Shown here piece after piece: positions 11,721-25,070 of a stretch of DNA of 64,000 nt; position 1 is the first letter of the stretch, and every line of letters starts with the position of its first letter. A program made the position numbers and the translations under genes. The notes under the pieces were generated by a model. The model had not been told where the DNA came from. It ran no database searches and saw only the letters and a program-made list of their open reading frames with translations. The stretch comes from the human T2T-CHM13v2.0 reference genome, Homo sapiens. Location: the NCBI RefSeq assembly GCF_009914755.1, contig NC_060926.1; one strand, given 5' to 3'.

Positions 11721-13362
11721 TCATTACAATGAGTTGAGAGTGAATTGTATTCTATCTAGGGAAAAGGTGGTTTGTTAATAATTACGCAAGAGTTAGTGAT
11801 GCATTTCTTACAGGCTTTTCTATTTATATGATTCCCACCATTGGAAATACTGCCCAGATTGTGGCATTCTTTTTCTAAGTAGAGCATAAACAAGTGTGGC
11901 CACGTTTTAGATATCACTCCCCTTTCACAAATTCCAGTCTTGCTGATTTGTAGAATTAGTGCTTCTGTGTGCAGTCAAGTCACAGAATGCTGTTGATAAA
12001 CTGCAGAAGGTATTGGTCTGAGACAAACACTGTCAAGTTGCAAAGGATGGAGGATAGAGTAGGGAAACATGGATATCCACTAAAAAGGGAGCTGTTTACA
12101 GCCCAAGATTACAACTGAATTTTTGTGTTAGCTGGGTTGCATATTCAAATCTCTAGTGTCTCAGGTGGGATGCATTTGATCAACGACCTAGGAAGTTTGT
12201 TGCATTTAAATTTAGAATTAACTTGGGTCTGTTTAATAGATTATAAAATTGGTCCTTTTTGGATGAAAGTGTCCTAGTAAAGTCAGATTTTGATTTTATT
12301 CAATATAATTTGTAGATATAGGTTCAATGAAATATAATTCTGTATGGTTTTATTTGATAGAATGGAATTCTCTAGAGGTTTTTTTTTCGTGGAGTTCAAG
12401 TGATAGATGGCATATTAAGCAGTCAGTATTATTGAGGGAAGGCCCTACTATTTGTGACAGCCTATAAAGAGTATTATAATGAATATTTTCTGCCTTAACA
12501 ATTACCATAAAAAAGAAAGAAAATAGAAAACAGGCCATTAGCGGTGGATGGCAACCATTGGTCTATGGAGTATTTGAAAATGAAATTTTTTTATGTGAAT
12601 GAAAATTTTGCATGTGAAAAGTGATGAAACTCAAAGTAGGAGTTAAATAATTAGATATGTTAATTGATTAATAATTATTAATCTATTTAAATTCTAAATT
12701 TGGATTCTAAATTTAAATTCTAAATTTAAATCCAACAAACTTCCTAGGTCGTTGAGCAAATTATTAATCAATTATTTAGATATCTGAATTTTAATGTGTT
12801 CTGTCATTAGTTTTCCTTTGTCGGTAGAATTTTTAACCCACAGAGTGGCATTTATGGTATGTGTATCTGTGGTATACATCAGATATAATGGAGAAAATAA
12901 AGATATAAGCACATTACACATAGTTATGCCTAGATATTTTCTCTGGAACCTCAAGAGATAGTCTCTACAGTATGCACGCAATATTGCTATTTCATTTGTA
13001 AAGTAATACTTTCCCTACTAAATTTATAGGAGTGTTATTACAGTGCATGGAAGAGTGTTTTGTTAGTGGGCTATGAATTACAGTTAAGGTGGGAAATAAG
13101 GAAAATCTGAGGAGTATTTCAAATACCTACCATCTGTGTGGCATGTTTACTTCTATGAAGAAATTAAGCAAAGGTGGCTGGTTTTAAGGTAGAAAAAGTA
13201 GTGCTTACATATACCAGGAATGGATTGAGGTTAATCAACTACATTTATAGTTAATTAACCTTAAGTGTTTAAAGTTAAGGCAGAATGTTGTATATATTTC
13301 TCTTCCTCAGAACATACTCACTGATCTGAATTGGGGCATTTTTCTTTATCTTTTCTTTATCT

Positions 13363-13470
13363 TGTGTGTGTATATATACATATATACACACACACCCATA
13401 CATATATACACATATATATACACATATATACACACACACACACACATATATATATACACATACATACATA
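13363..13470. repeat. Compound (TG)/(TA)/(CA) microsatellite
   Basis: Directly visible dinucleotide runs. Confidence 0.95.
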
Positions 13471-13477
13471 AAATACA

Positions 13478-13601
13478 GGACAATCATTTTCCAGTGTCCC
13501 TTCTGTTTATATTGTGTACAGTTGTCCAGGTGGTCTGTTGGGAGCAGGGCCATTAAGTTTATTTGAGGTCTTGTCCTGTTTTTGTTCTCGAGCTCTTTCA
13601 A
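13478..13601 (-). pseudogene. Retroviral gag nucleocapsid zinc-knuckle remnant
   Basis: ORF 13275-13601 contains CTQYKQKGHWK and continues after a frameshift as (N)DCP. This is CX2CX4HX4C with the second Cys changed to Tyr. Confidence 0.7.
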
Positions 13602-13792
13602 AATGTTCTGCCAGGTAATGTATCTGAGGTAAAGGGTAATTTTTTCATTCTAATTTATGTTTTCCAATTAGGTCTCTGTTTTCAAGTTGAAGTTCTTTAA
13701 CTGCTAAATATCATAGAAAACATTTTTGTCTATCCTGAAAATATCTAGCAGTTTCCTATTTTCTTTCTTTGTGCATTTGTGAGATAGAATTC

Positions 13793-14079
13793 TTTTTAGT
13801 TTGTTTGTCATGCTCTATCTTCCAGGCTGGAGTGCAGTAGCGACATAATGGCTCACGGCAGGCCTTGATCTCATGGGCTCAATTGATTCTCCCACTTCAG
13901 ACTTCCTAGTAGCTGGAACCACAGGCATACACCCCAATGCCTGGCTAATTTGTGTATTTTTGGTAGAGATGGGGTTTTCGCCATGTTGCCTGGGTTAGTC
14001 TCGAACTCCTGGACTCAAGTGATCCATTCTGTTTGGCCACCAATAGTGCCAAGATTATAGACTTGAGCCACAGCACCTG
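13793..14079 (-). mobile_element. AluJ
   Basis: Diverged antisense Alu (ccaggctggagtgcagt...tcgaactcctggactcaagtgatcc). Probable TSD tgagat(a/t)gaattct. Confidence 0.9.
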
Positions 14080-14897
14080 ATGTTGCCTATGAGATTGAAT
14101 TCTAATCACTTGCTTTTAATTGTCAATGTTTCAGGAATTGCTCTTAGTAGACTTTGCCCTACTTTTGGGGCTTTTTGTTTTTTGACGCTCAGGCTTATTA
14201 AAAGGGATTCTGTACATCCCTTTTCCGATAACTCTATTTAGCTTTTTACAGAGCAGGATTTATCATCTGAGATTTCTTACAATGTATACAATTTGGTGTA
14301 TGTCAAGAAACCTGAGTATATGCACCCAAATTAATTATTATTTTTCTATGAATAATCACTGGTCTTCTCTGGGTTTAGGAAAATTCTTAATTATGATTCT
14401 TTGTCCAGTTTGGGCTGAAAGTTTAAATTCTACAGTTGCCTGAATACTTATCTAATGGGAGGGATGGATTTTTATAAGCAATTGGACTATTTGGAGTCAT
14501 TATGAAAAGGTAGTTGGTCTAGAAAGGGGAAGAGGAGAAAGGAGTTAACAGGCTGTGGAAGGAGAGAGATCAAATGGATAATTGGAGTATGGAGAACTGT
14601 ATATAGGAAAGCAATGGAACAACAAGGAGCAGGGAGTAGTCACTAGAAAAATTACTTTGTTCCTGCTCAATACGATTGTCAAATTGTTCATTAGTGTTGG
14701 ATAAATAACCTTTTAATGAAATAATTTTTTAAAATCAGCATTTCATGGAGGTCTTCACATAAAATTGTTTCTCATTTGGTGTGATAATTTTTTACCTCTT
14801 TGGTGAATTTATGATATTTAGACAAATGGCACACAGATTAGGATTGTAGTAAGAATAATGAAAGTACACATAACACTGAGAAGTTTTTTTCCCCCCA

Positions 14898-15240
<343 letters not shown>

Positions 15241-15739
15241 TTAAGAGTATTTAGACTATGGAGGAGAAGGAGATTTAGATTTAGGCTATGAGAACTGGGG
15301 ATGGTTGGTTGAAATTTATGCTGGTACACTTGGTGTCTTGACCAACTAACCTGACATTTGGCTGCTTCCAAGTTCACACCCAATAATCAGTGCTCCCTAG
15401 AAGTTGGAAAATGAAAGTTAATGCTCTTCAAGTATCAGAACATAGGTTTCAGGACAAAGAAGAATGAGCCAAAGGAGAATCTTTTCAGGTTATGTTTCAG
15501 GCAAATGTTTTCAGGCAAAGAATGTTTTCAGGCAAAACAAACTTACCTGAATGTACACTGGTCCAGTTAAGAATCTTTCATTTACTATTCTGCAAACCCA
15601 GTGCAGAGAGGAGCTATATATGACCTTTTCTTGTATTCTACCTCAGAATATTCCTATGGTAAACAGCAATTTTAGATAGCACAACAAAATATCCAGAAAG
15701 AATGCAAAAATAAAGGAAGGAGTGGCTTAATTTCACCAA

Positions 15740-16031
15740 TGATGCCAAACAAATAAGAACCAATAAAAACCCCAATATCAAACTAAGAATAAATAGCTTA
15801 GGAACTGTGATTTGTTTAGGGAGAATATATGGCTTTCTCTGGTTCGTCTTGAGTTTGAAACAGGCAAAAAATAAGGAAATTGACAGTCACTGACCAAGTC
15901 CTGACCACTCTGGGCTTATTACTACAGAGGTTAAGACATGGTTTGCTGGACTGATTGCTGAAGCAATTGTGGTTAGAACTGTATTGTCATATATAGTCTG
16001 GCCACTATTCATTTGTATGTTTAATTTCCCA
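15740..16031 (-). mobile_element. 5' LTR of the ERV1 provirus (internally deleted)
   Basis: 15806-16031 aligns colinearly by eye with 11018-11241. Shared blocks include tgtgat.tgttt.ggg, tctggtt, tcctgacca, cagaggtta, tggttagaa and tattgtcata. Confidence 0.7.
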
Positions 16032-16044
16032 GTCCTCCTCTCAG

Positions 16045-16400
16045 TAATAGTAATATTTGGCATTTATCAAGCAGCTATTACATGTTAGGCACTTGGTCAG
16101 ATACTTTATATGCACATTTTTAATTAAAAATTTCCAAAACAGTTTTAGTGTTTTATATATACCTATATATAAAACAAATATATATACATATATAGAACAT
16201 ACATGTATATCACATATATATTTGAAACCTTATAAAAACACATTATGATATAGATATTATTTTCAGTTTATCAAAATTGTAAAAACCCACAAAGTCTCAT
16301 ATATACATGAATTGTCCAAAGTAAAACTATATTAATAAGTGATGGGACTAGGAGCAAAACTCAGGCATGGCTGACCCCAAAAGCCATGTTCTTAAGTACA
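16045..16400 (-). mobile_element. MIR remnant interrupted by a TA-rich tract
   Basis: catttatcaagc..tacatgttaggcac...actttatatgcac and aagtgatgggactagga..aaactcaggcatggctgacccc resemble the MIR core. Confidence 0.55.
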
Positions 16401-16653
16401 TCATCATATGAATGAATATTTCCTGTATATACATAACTACAACTTAAAGTATTAACTCCTTTCGGAGTTTATTATTATTTTCTGTGCAAATATGATTAGG
16501 CATAAAAAATGTATAAGTAGAAAAGTGTAAGTACGAAGCACCTTACAGCTGAAGTATACGATAGTCAGATGATCTGCAGTTCTATATCCAGCCAAGAGGC
16601 AGACCTGAACGGGGGGAAATGTGTCAATTTCAGAACCTTAAAAATTAGGAGGT

Positions 16654-16820
16654 AAAATTAGCCGGGTGTGGTTTTGTGTACCCGTAGTTCCACCTACTCC
16701 GAAGGCTGAAGCAGAAGGCTCTCTTGAGCCCAGGAGTTCAAGGCTGCAGTGAGCTATGATCTTGCCACTGCACTCCAGCCAAGGTGACAGTGAGACCCTG
16801 TCTAGCAAACCATCAAAAAA
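16654..16820 (+). mobile_element. Alu right monomer (AluJ/FRAM-like)
   Basis: aaaattagccggg...ttgagcccaggagttcaaggctgcagtgagctatgat...gagaccctgtct. Confidence 0.88.
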
Positions 16821-17833
16821 GAGTAGGTAAATCCCTTTGCTCATTAGTAGTTTTAATGTAATTAAGAAGTTCTTGATCCAATCCACAAAACACATAACAT
16901 TTTGAAATTTGTATGAAAGCACAGTCTAAATTCTTCCATTTAAAAAAGTCAGATTCAACTAGAATAGGACATGTTTTTATTTTGCCTAATCTGTTTTACA
17001 TTATTCTTGCCAGCTACTTTTAAAGAAACTATGAAATACTTTATAAAAAAAATCTCTCTGCCTGTTCATTTGTCCTTAATCAACTGAAAGTTTCTCTTAG
17101 ATTCTCTAAAATAAAACAGAAAGCTTGTCAATAAATTATTTCAGAAACAGATATTTCAAATATTTGGAGAAAACTTTGCATGCACCCCACCACTGCCTGT
17201 CTTCTCTCCTCTTGTCTTCTGTGCCCATACTCACTAAAGTTAATGAAAGGACTGAGTCCTGAACACAATTCTTCAATTAAAAAAATCATTTATTAATCTC
17301 TCATACTATGTCAAATGTCCTTCTAAGCACTGTGAAGATTCAAAGAGCCATTTGTGTTTGCCTTCTAGAAACGTAGTCTACTATGAAAAAACACATACAC
17401 AAAATCTGGAATATGAAGGAGGAATTGCTACACTTGGGATATCTAGAGAAAACTGTGTGAGACAATCTAAACACCTGCCAATAAGAGAATTATTGAATAA
17501 AGTCACAAAGCATGGTGCGTTGCACCTAGTGAGTTCTCAGTAGATACTAATTTATTTTAAAACTGCTATCTTACTTGATATGATTTTCAGAACTATTGCT
17601 TTGGTAACTCTATTCTCATTAATATTGAGTATGTCAATAGCCCTTCCAGAAGTAGTTTGAACAGTGTCTTGTGCAATGAACTAATATGTTTTTCTAAAAA
17701 ACAAAGTTTTCATTCAAATTTATAATGAACCTGTTGACCATAAAATATTAATAATTTTATCTTTAAATGAATGTTAAGATAGAACATTGCTATTCTTTAT
17801 ATATGAAATTGGCATTTAGAAATGTATAGTATT

Positions 17834-18506
17834 TGTGGTTCAGCAGGTGGGAGGGAATGGCGTCCAGTGGCTTTTTCTCTTCCATTTATTAAGTGAAAAG
17901 GAGAGTTACAGCCCTTTTTATCTTGCCACCCCACAGCTCAGCATGCCAGCCAGGAGCGTCACAGCTCTTTTCCTGCTATAGTTCAACGAGTAGGAAGGGA
18001 GGGTTACAGCTCTTTCACTCGCACCAACCACAGCTCAGCGAGTGTTACAGCTCTTTTGCTCCTGCTGCCCATAGCTGGGTGAGTTTCGGGTTCTTGTACT
18101 GTGACCAAAAGGAATAAGCTATGCAGATACTATAGAGTGAGCAAGGCAAAGGCAAATTTTATTGAGCGACAGAAGAAAAGCTCTCAGCTGTGAGAGAGGA
18201 CCCTAAAAGTGGGGTAGCCATCCACGAAGCTGAGTCCAGAGGTTTGTATGGGCTTAGAATGCTGACTGGTCCAGCAGTAGGCTTGGAAAAAGCACCATTC
18301 AATTGGTTAAAAAGCATAATCTAGAAGGAACCAATAGAGAAGAGAGAGGGTAAGATGGGGATGGAAGTTCTCACTTTGGTCATGGACTCTACCGGAACCA
18401 GCAGCTTGGTTTTCAGGCTGAATTCAACTGTCTTTGGCATGAAGATGGGGTTTCACCAGGGACCAGTCCCTGTCTGTCTAGGAATTAATCTGTCTCATCA
18501 CTCTCA
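17834..18506 (-). mobile_element. ERV1 solo LTR, MER61/LTR27-group
   Basis: The minus strand begins TGAGAGTGA...CCCTGGTGAAACCCCATCTTCATGCCAAAGACAG. It has CAATAAAA and repeated AGAGCTGTAAC units. It shares blocks with the MER52 copies. Confidence 0.75.
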
Positions 18507-19708
18507 AGATGATATAAGTTATTATTAAATTTTAACATGTTATTTGAAACTGTTGTTCCACCAACATTTTTAAACTCCAGTTTCTCCTTTCCAGTATATA
18601 ATTTGGAATTAATTTTAACATTTTACATGCTTGAAAAATAAGCCTGCTGGATTTTCTTTTAAAACAAATATTAAAGTTTTTGAAGAGAACAAATTCAATA
18701 ACTGATTCTTGGGGCACAACCCTGGAGAACTTTCAGTTTAACGACAATTCTTTAATAAACACTTTTTAGTCTCAAGTGTTTTAATGACTACGTTTGCTCT
18801 TTTGTTAAGTACTCTTTTTAAATGGCTTACCAAAAATCCAGGGAATGTATCTACTTGGGTTGAATGTTTTGTTCTGTTGCTATTATACATACTGAAATAG
18901 CAACATTACCTGTTGTGTCATCAATATGGAGTTTTTGACTACGTTCGTTTTGTATTTTCCACAGAGACTGAGGTTTTGAGATGATTTGATCAGAAATCAG
19001 GTTTACGAATGATGTAATAATAGACTATATACTTCATTCCTTGGAACTGTCAGGAAGCGTCAGATTTTTCTTATGCTTAAAGACTCATAATAAAGTTCCC
19101 TCTTTGTGTGACTACCCAAATTATCTAAAGAAAATATAAGTGTCCATTGAGATAACTCATTAGTCTACTTGGCTATTTGAGAAACGTATCATCAACTGGA
19201 TAATACTTTGAAATATTTGAATGGTGTCTCAGTGAGTATTTGCTTATTACTTATCTTACTATCTTTTTAATTCAGGAAAATATTAGAAATTTCTACCAGT
19301 ACTCTGCTGGTGCTGAGGTTAACTTTCCTTTACTTGAAATTCATACCAAAATAATTTTAATGGTTATGTGAAAATGCATAGTAAAATAATAATTGTACCT
19401 TTAAAAATTATTCTAAAATTGTATCATAACTTAGGATCAGAACATATACATCCTCAGGAAAAATTAAATAAGAGCTTTATGATATAAAGTGATGTTGAAG
19501 ATGTTATGCCACCTAACCTTGAGACTACCCTTTATTTAATACATCAAGTATTTTTGAACCATGCATTATCTTTTTCCTTTCAATTCATTGTTAATCATAT
19601 AGTATCTGAAAACTTCATAAGTATTTAGAATGCTTTCTGTAGAAAATTTACCTAATATGCATTTTATTAGGTTACCATACAAGATATTTATCATTGATGT
19701 AGTATTAG

Positions 19709-20467
19709 TGATGGCAGCAGTGGCCCCTCTGGAGTAGCCTCTGTGAAGACACTGGATACAGAGTGGGAGGCATGGCCAAGGCTGCATGCTCAATGGACCT
19801 GGCAGGAGTCAGGAACAGGCAGGAGGCCTGCTGTCCTGGCCACAGCTGCAGCCACCCAGCCATGGCTGTGGACCTGGACATCCCTGTGCTCTCTGGTGCC
19901 TGGGAAGCCCCCATACCCTCACAGGCTTGGAAGTGCCTGCTCCCACTTCCTGGCCTTTCCCTGCTCACTGCACCCACTTCGATTTCAGAGCAAAGTTGTG
20001 TCTGAGCCTGGGCGCTGTCACTGCTTGGCTGGGTATGCACGTGCCGGGTGGTGCTGATATGCCATTCCCTTGCCACCTGGGCCCCCTCTAGACTTTGGGC
20101 ACTGTGCATGGGAGGGAGTTGGGGGTGTTGAGAAGGGTGGTAGGGATGGGGGAGGGTGCCTCGGTGTGGGCCTGCAGGTGCCCCGTGGCACAAACAACCT
20201 GGGAGCCATGGATGATAAGTAGATGGCAGTAGGAGGCAGACAGACTCCTGGGTGGAAAGAGGTGGGTTCCTGGTGAAGCCCCACCTTCAAGCCAGGGATG
20301 GCCGGAAGCAATGGGGGCCAGGCTGTCAGTTCTGGGTTTAGTCCATGGCCCAGATTGGGAATTTAGGGTGCCTTTGTTTGGGGCCCACCGATGGCAACCC
20401 ATGGACCAATCTGCACACATTTCCTCCCTTCTGAAGCCCATAAAAACTCAGGACTCAGCCAGACTCA
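19709..20467 (+). mobile_element. MER52-family LTR, 3'-truncated
   Basis: Starts TGATGGCAGCAGTGGCCC. GC-rich and colinear with 36011-36770. Confidence 0.85.
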
Positions 20468-22167
20468 TTGTCTTTTGCCCTAGGCAGACATCACAAATAG
20501 ATTATAGCCCTCGTATGAAAGAACGCTTGCTATGGGAACCCAGTATTAATCTCAGTCTCCTTCATAGCACAAAGCTTAATTCAACAGTTTTCAAAAAGCA
20601 GAGCAAATGATTATAGGAAAGAAGGTTACAGAAGATGCTGACAAGGAAACTTCCCAGAAGAATTTAGAAGAATATGGAAGATAATAAGAAATAATTTTAG
20701 AAGTCACCAAGTTCTAGTTTCATGAAATTGGCTTGAATATATACTTTGTCTCTTTTGTGTAGACAAAAACTATTTTGTATGTTTTATTATTGTTGCCTAC
20801 CTCATTTGTGAAGAAAATTGTTTAGGTTTTCAAGAATAGTAGTGAAACAAACTAGAGTTAAATGACACTATTTGTATCAATACCAGTATTTAGCTTTTAG
20901 AAATGTTCATATATTATAAAGCTTAAGTAAATCAATGGAAATAAATAAGCACTGGAACAAAATTATGTGTGTCAGAAATTTTTATGGAACTATAAAGGAT
21001 TGAATTAGATATTCATCATGTATGTTGAAGAGTATAAATTATAAACTACACAATATTAAACAAGTGGCTTAATAATCTACACAAGTAAAATGGACATAAT
21101 TCAACATAAAATAAATGTTATTTATAATTCTAACTATAACCTTAAATATGAAGAACATGTATTTCCTCTTAGTAATTCTGATCCTAAACTATTTGTAAGT
21201 TTGATAAACCTATTCCCATTTCTTTACTCAAATTTTTCATCTTTTAATAATCTCATAATATGATTGATTATTTTAAGGAGAAATTTAATTTTTTTTCTTT
21301 ATTGTTTTGCAGCTACAACATCGATTTCTCAGTTCATCTTCATGTTCTTTAGCTGCATCATGCAGAGAAGAATAACTTGATACTGTCACTAGTGTCAGTT
21401 TCAATGCTATCATGTTTACATTATTCTTGTTCAGAAAGTGTTTGGGACAGAGGGAGGCTTGTTATGGCAGTGGCTGTTTTATCATACAACAATATTTTGT
21501 CTTTACCACAGCTCTTGTAGGCATGGTTTTTATATTTTAAAGACTGTAATTATGTGTTTTCTATATTAATTAACTAATGCAATAATTGGTGTAAACATTT
21601 CTGAATGGAAATACTTTAGAACTAAAAACCAGCGTAGTATACTAGAATCCTAGAGTATCTCTAAAATCTAATTATAATGATAATTTTTTAAGAAGCACAC
21701 CCTGATATTCAACTAGTTTAACTTTCTTTAAATCACAAATATAGAGAATTTGAAGCTGTATCATATATATTTCAGAGATCTACATTAATATTTACACAAA
21801 GACAAACACAAACTCTTAGTATTAAAACAATCATTTAAAATACTGCAGGCAACACATTTCAGAGTTCTTAAAGATGATAATTCAAAGCTTTTTAAAAGGT
21901 AGTACTAGATAAGCAATATCAGATGACAATAAGGAACTAGCACTAAAGATTCAATATTGCTGGTTTTATGTGATATTTTGTGATCATGAAGATGCCCATG
22001 GATATGCCATAATATACAGGACACCATCCCTTATGGAATTATGATACTTCTGTGCCTGTATCTCAGGTTCTTCTGAGAAAAATATCAGTTCTTCACCTAA
22101 GAAGCTCATCTACAGAAAGAACTCATAAATTTTGGGATTCCAATTTGGAGATAGTAATTGAGTTACC

Positions 22168-22800
22168 ATATTAGTTTTCTCTTGCTGTACAACAAAATAC
22201 TACACATTTAACAGATTAAAACACCATACATTTATTATCTCACAGTTCTGTAGGTCAGAAATCTGGCACAGAATAAGTGGATTCTCTCTGTTCAGGGTCT
22301 CACAAAACCAGAGGCAAGGTATCAGAATGGGTCAGCTGTTATCTGGAAGATCTGGGGAATAAGCCTCTTTCAATCTCATTTAGTTTGTTGGCTGAATGCA
22401 GTTCCTTGAGGTTGTAGGACTGAGATCCCTATTTTCTTGTTGACAGGCCCCTGGGGGCTGCTATCTGCTTCTGGAAGTTGCCTGCATTTTTTTTTCTCCT
22501 GAGGCCAGTCTCTATCTTCAAACCAGAAAAGGGACATTGCATGAGTCCCTCTTGTACTTTGAATTTCATTGACGCCTCCTCTATCACATCCCTCTGGATT
22601 CCTTTCCTGCCTCCTTCTTCCACATTTAAGGACTCAGGTAATTACACTGGACCCACCTTGATAATCCTGGATAATCTCTCTATTTTAATATCAACCAATT
22701 AAATTTGGTTTCATCTGCGAAATCCTTTTTACTGTGCTACTAACTGTGGCTATAACACCACAAATTGAAAATTATGGTAACCAAAATTCTGAGTACCACA
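22168..22800 (-). mobile_element. MLT1 (MaLR) LTR, MLT1D/E-like
   Basis: tattagtttt..ttgctg..acaaaatactac...atttattatctcacagttctgtaggtcagaa...ggataatctc...attctgagtaccaca. Confidence 0.85.
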
Positions 22801-24844
22801 GTTACTTTCCAAAGGATATTTGTACATTTGATACAACCACTTTTTTTCAAACATTTCCTTTACCCAATAGCAAATACATGTAGAGCAATTTCAGTATATA
22901 AGAAAACTTAATTGAATGCAGTGTACTTTTTTATAGATTTTAATATCGTATATCATATTTGATTATCTCAAAATAGCCTTATTAATTAGTATCATAATGT
23001 ATTCTTCCTTCAGAAGCTAGAAAAACAGATTCATTTCAAAGCCTATGCAGAAAAACAAAAAGTATGTTACATCTACAAGTACAGTATGATAATCTATTAT
23101 ACCAGATTCAAAATACATGTACTCTAAATTTTTAGCTAATCAAATACAGTAGGAATAACATATGCAAATAGAAAAATGTACAATTTATATCTAATATAAA
23201 AATTTATATCCCTACACTTTATATTTTAATTATAAGCTGTAATAGTATTAAACACTATGTTAAAATGATTTTGTGGTCACTTTGTCCTGCACAAGTTGTG
23301 TGAATGTTTTCTTATGATCAGCAGAAATTCTGAATTTCCAAATTGTGTGCTATCATCTCAGGCAAATTAGCATAAAATATAATTTCTGCTAATTAGCTAG
23401 AGGCAAGGGAGGCAAATTAACTTGACATGTTAATATTGCCTTCACGGTATTATCATAATGTGCATGTTCATGGGAAATTTATTAGTTATTCTCTTTGCAT
23501 CAATATCAGAATTCACTACTTAGAGTATATCAGCTGAGGGAAATATACGTGTATAAAATACATTGCTAGAAAAATTGAATTGCAGAAAACTGGCCATTTA
23601 GAAAATAGTCCCAAAAGATAATTTCATGGAACATAGTTTTTGTTAATTACATCTAAATTTTGGTTTTGGTTATAATGAAGATGCATTTAACTTTCAAGTG
23701 TTTATAATGTTGAGGGTATAGAAAGGCAAATAATCCAAATTAGCTGAGAATTTAAATTTATTTTGTGGAATGTATTGACCTTAAAATGCATTGTATTGAG
23801 GTAAGAAACTTAAAAGAGTTTGACTATAATTTGAATTTTAGTGCTTTATACTATATTTTAAATAAATGTTGCCTTTAAGACATTCTTACTGTTTTTGCTT
23901 AAATTATTTATTGACTAGAATTGTATTTAGTTGTTAAAATACACTCTAATGTTTTCTTGGTCTTTTAAGATTCAGATCTCTTGTATAGACTTTCATTAAC
24001 TTTCAGTAACTTTATTTCATCTCATAAACATTCTGCATTTGTGAAACATCAGTAAGTAATTAATGGTTTTTAAAAGGTCTTATTATTCATTTGACCTAGT
24101 TAGCCAGAATGTTAGATTCTATGTTAGGGAAAAATTATCACACACATATTGACATATACTGGTATATTTCATCTGAAATTGTGGGCCGAGGATCTACTAT
24201 GTCAAAGACATTATCCTGGAAGCAATGTGAATATAATTATGACATAGATAGAAAATTGCCCTCTAGCAGGATTACATAATGAAAAGGGCCTTTCACTATT
24301 CATAAACATATTAGGAAATTTAGAAAATGCCATTAAAGAGTTAACATCAAAAATGTATACGAATTAAGTTTCTTTTTTCCTAAGTTTTATTTGTAACTTG
24401 ATCCAGTTCCAGATACATTTAAATCTCAGCTTATTATCTGTAGTGTGGAGAACATATATGTTAATTCACATATAAGAGAATTCTTGTGAGAATTAAAATA
24501 AATCTTTTTGTGTGAAAATTATTTAAAATTTCTAAATAGCTATCATATAATGTATCTAACCAAAATAAAAATATCTGTGTTTTCATAATATCTTCAAATT
24601 ATTAAGTCTATTTCAAAATAATGAAAAATCAAGCATTCTTAATACTCATTGCTTTGAGGCAATGTGATCTCTTGGATTGAAAACTAATTTTCAGTATATT
24701 CTAGTTCAAGTTTTTTTTTAAAAGGGCAACAGAATCAACTTTACAAAATAAGGGCTCCAGTTATCTCAGATGTAAATTTAAAAAGATCAATTAGGACAGC
24801 TATAACAACTCAAAGGACATATTATTTTCTATGTGTTAATGTTT

Positions 24845-25070
24845 ATTTTAAAAAATGTTTAATAAATTATAATTGTATATATTTATGGCATACAATGTGA
24901 TGTTTTGATCTATGTGTTCAATGTGGCATGATTCAATAAAATGAATTAACATATTCATCACTTCACTTACCTATCAATTTTATGGTGAGACATTTGAAAT
25001 TTACTCCAGAGGACATGTTGCTAAGTGAAATAAGCCTGACACTGAAAGATATACTGTTTGTGTTCACATT
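24845..25070 (-). mobile_element. L1MA 3' fragment with inverted 5' piece
   Basis: 24845-25006 is an antisense L1MA 3' end. 25007-25070 (gaggacatgttgctaagtgaaataagcc) is sense L1 sequence. Confidence 0.65.

Noticed and set aside
13275-13601. 108-aa ORF as a novel gene
   Set aside because: It is a gag remnant that frameshifts into a microsatellite.
19705-20441. Dense overlapping ORFs, also at 36-39 kb and 41.7-43.1 kb
   Set aside because: GC-rich MER52 LTR sequence has few stop codons, and no protein family signature is present.
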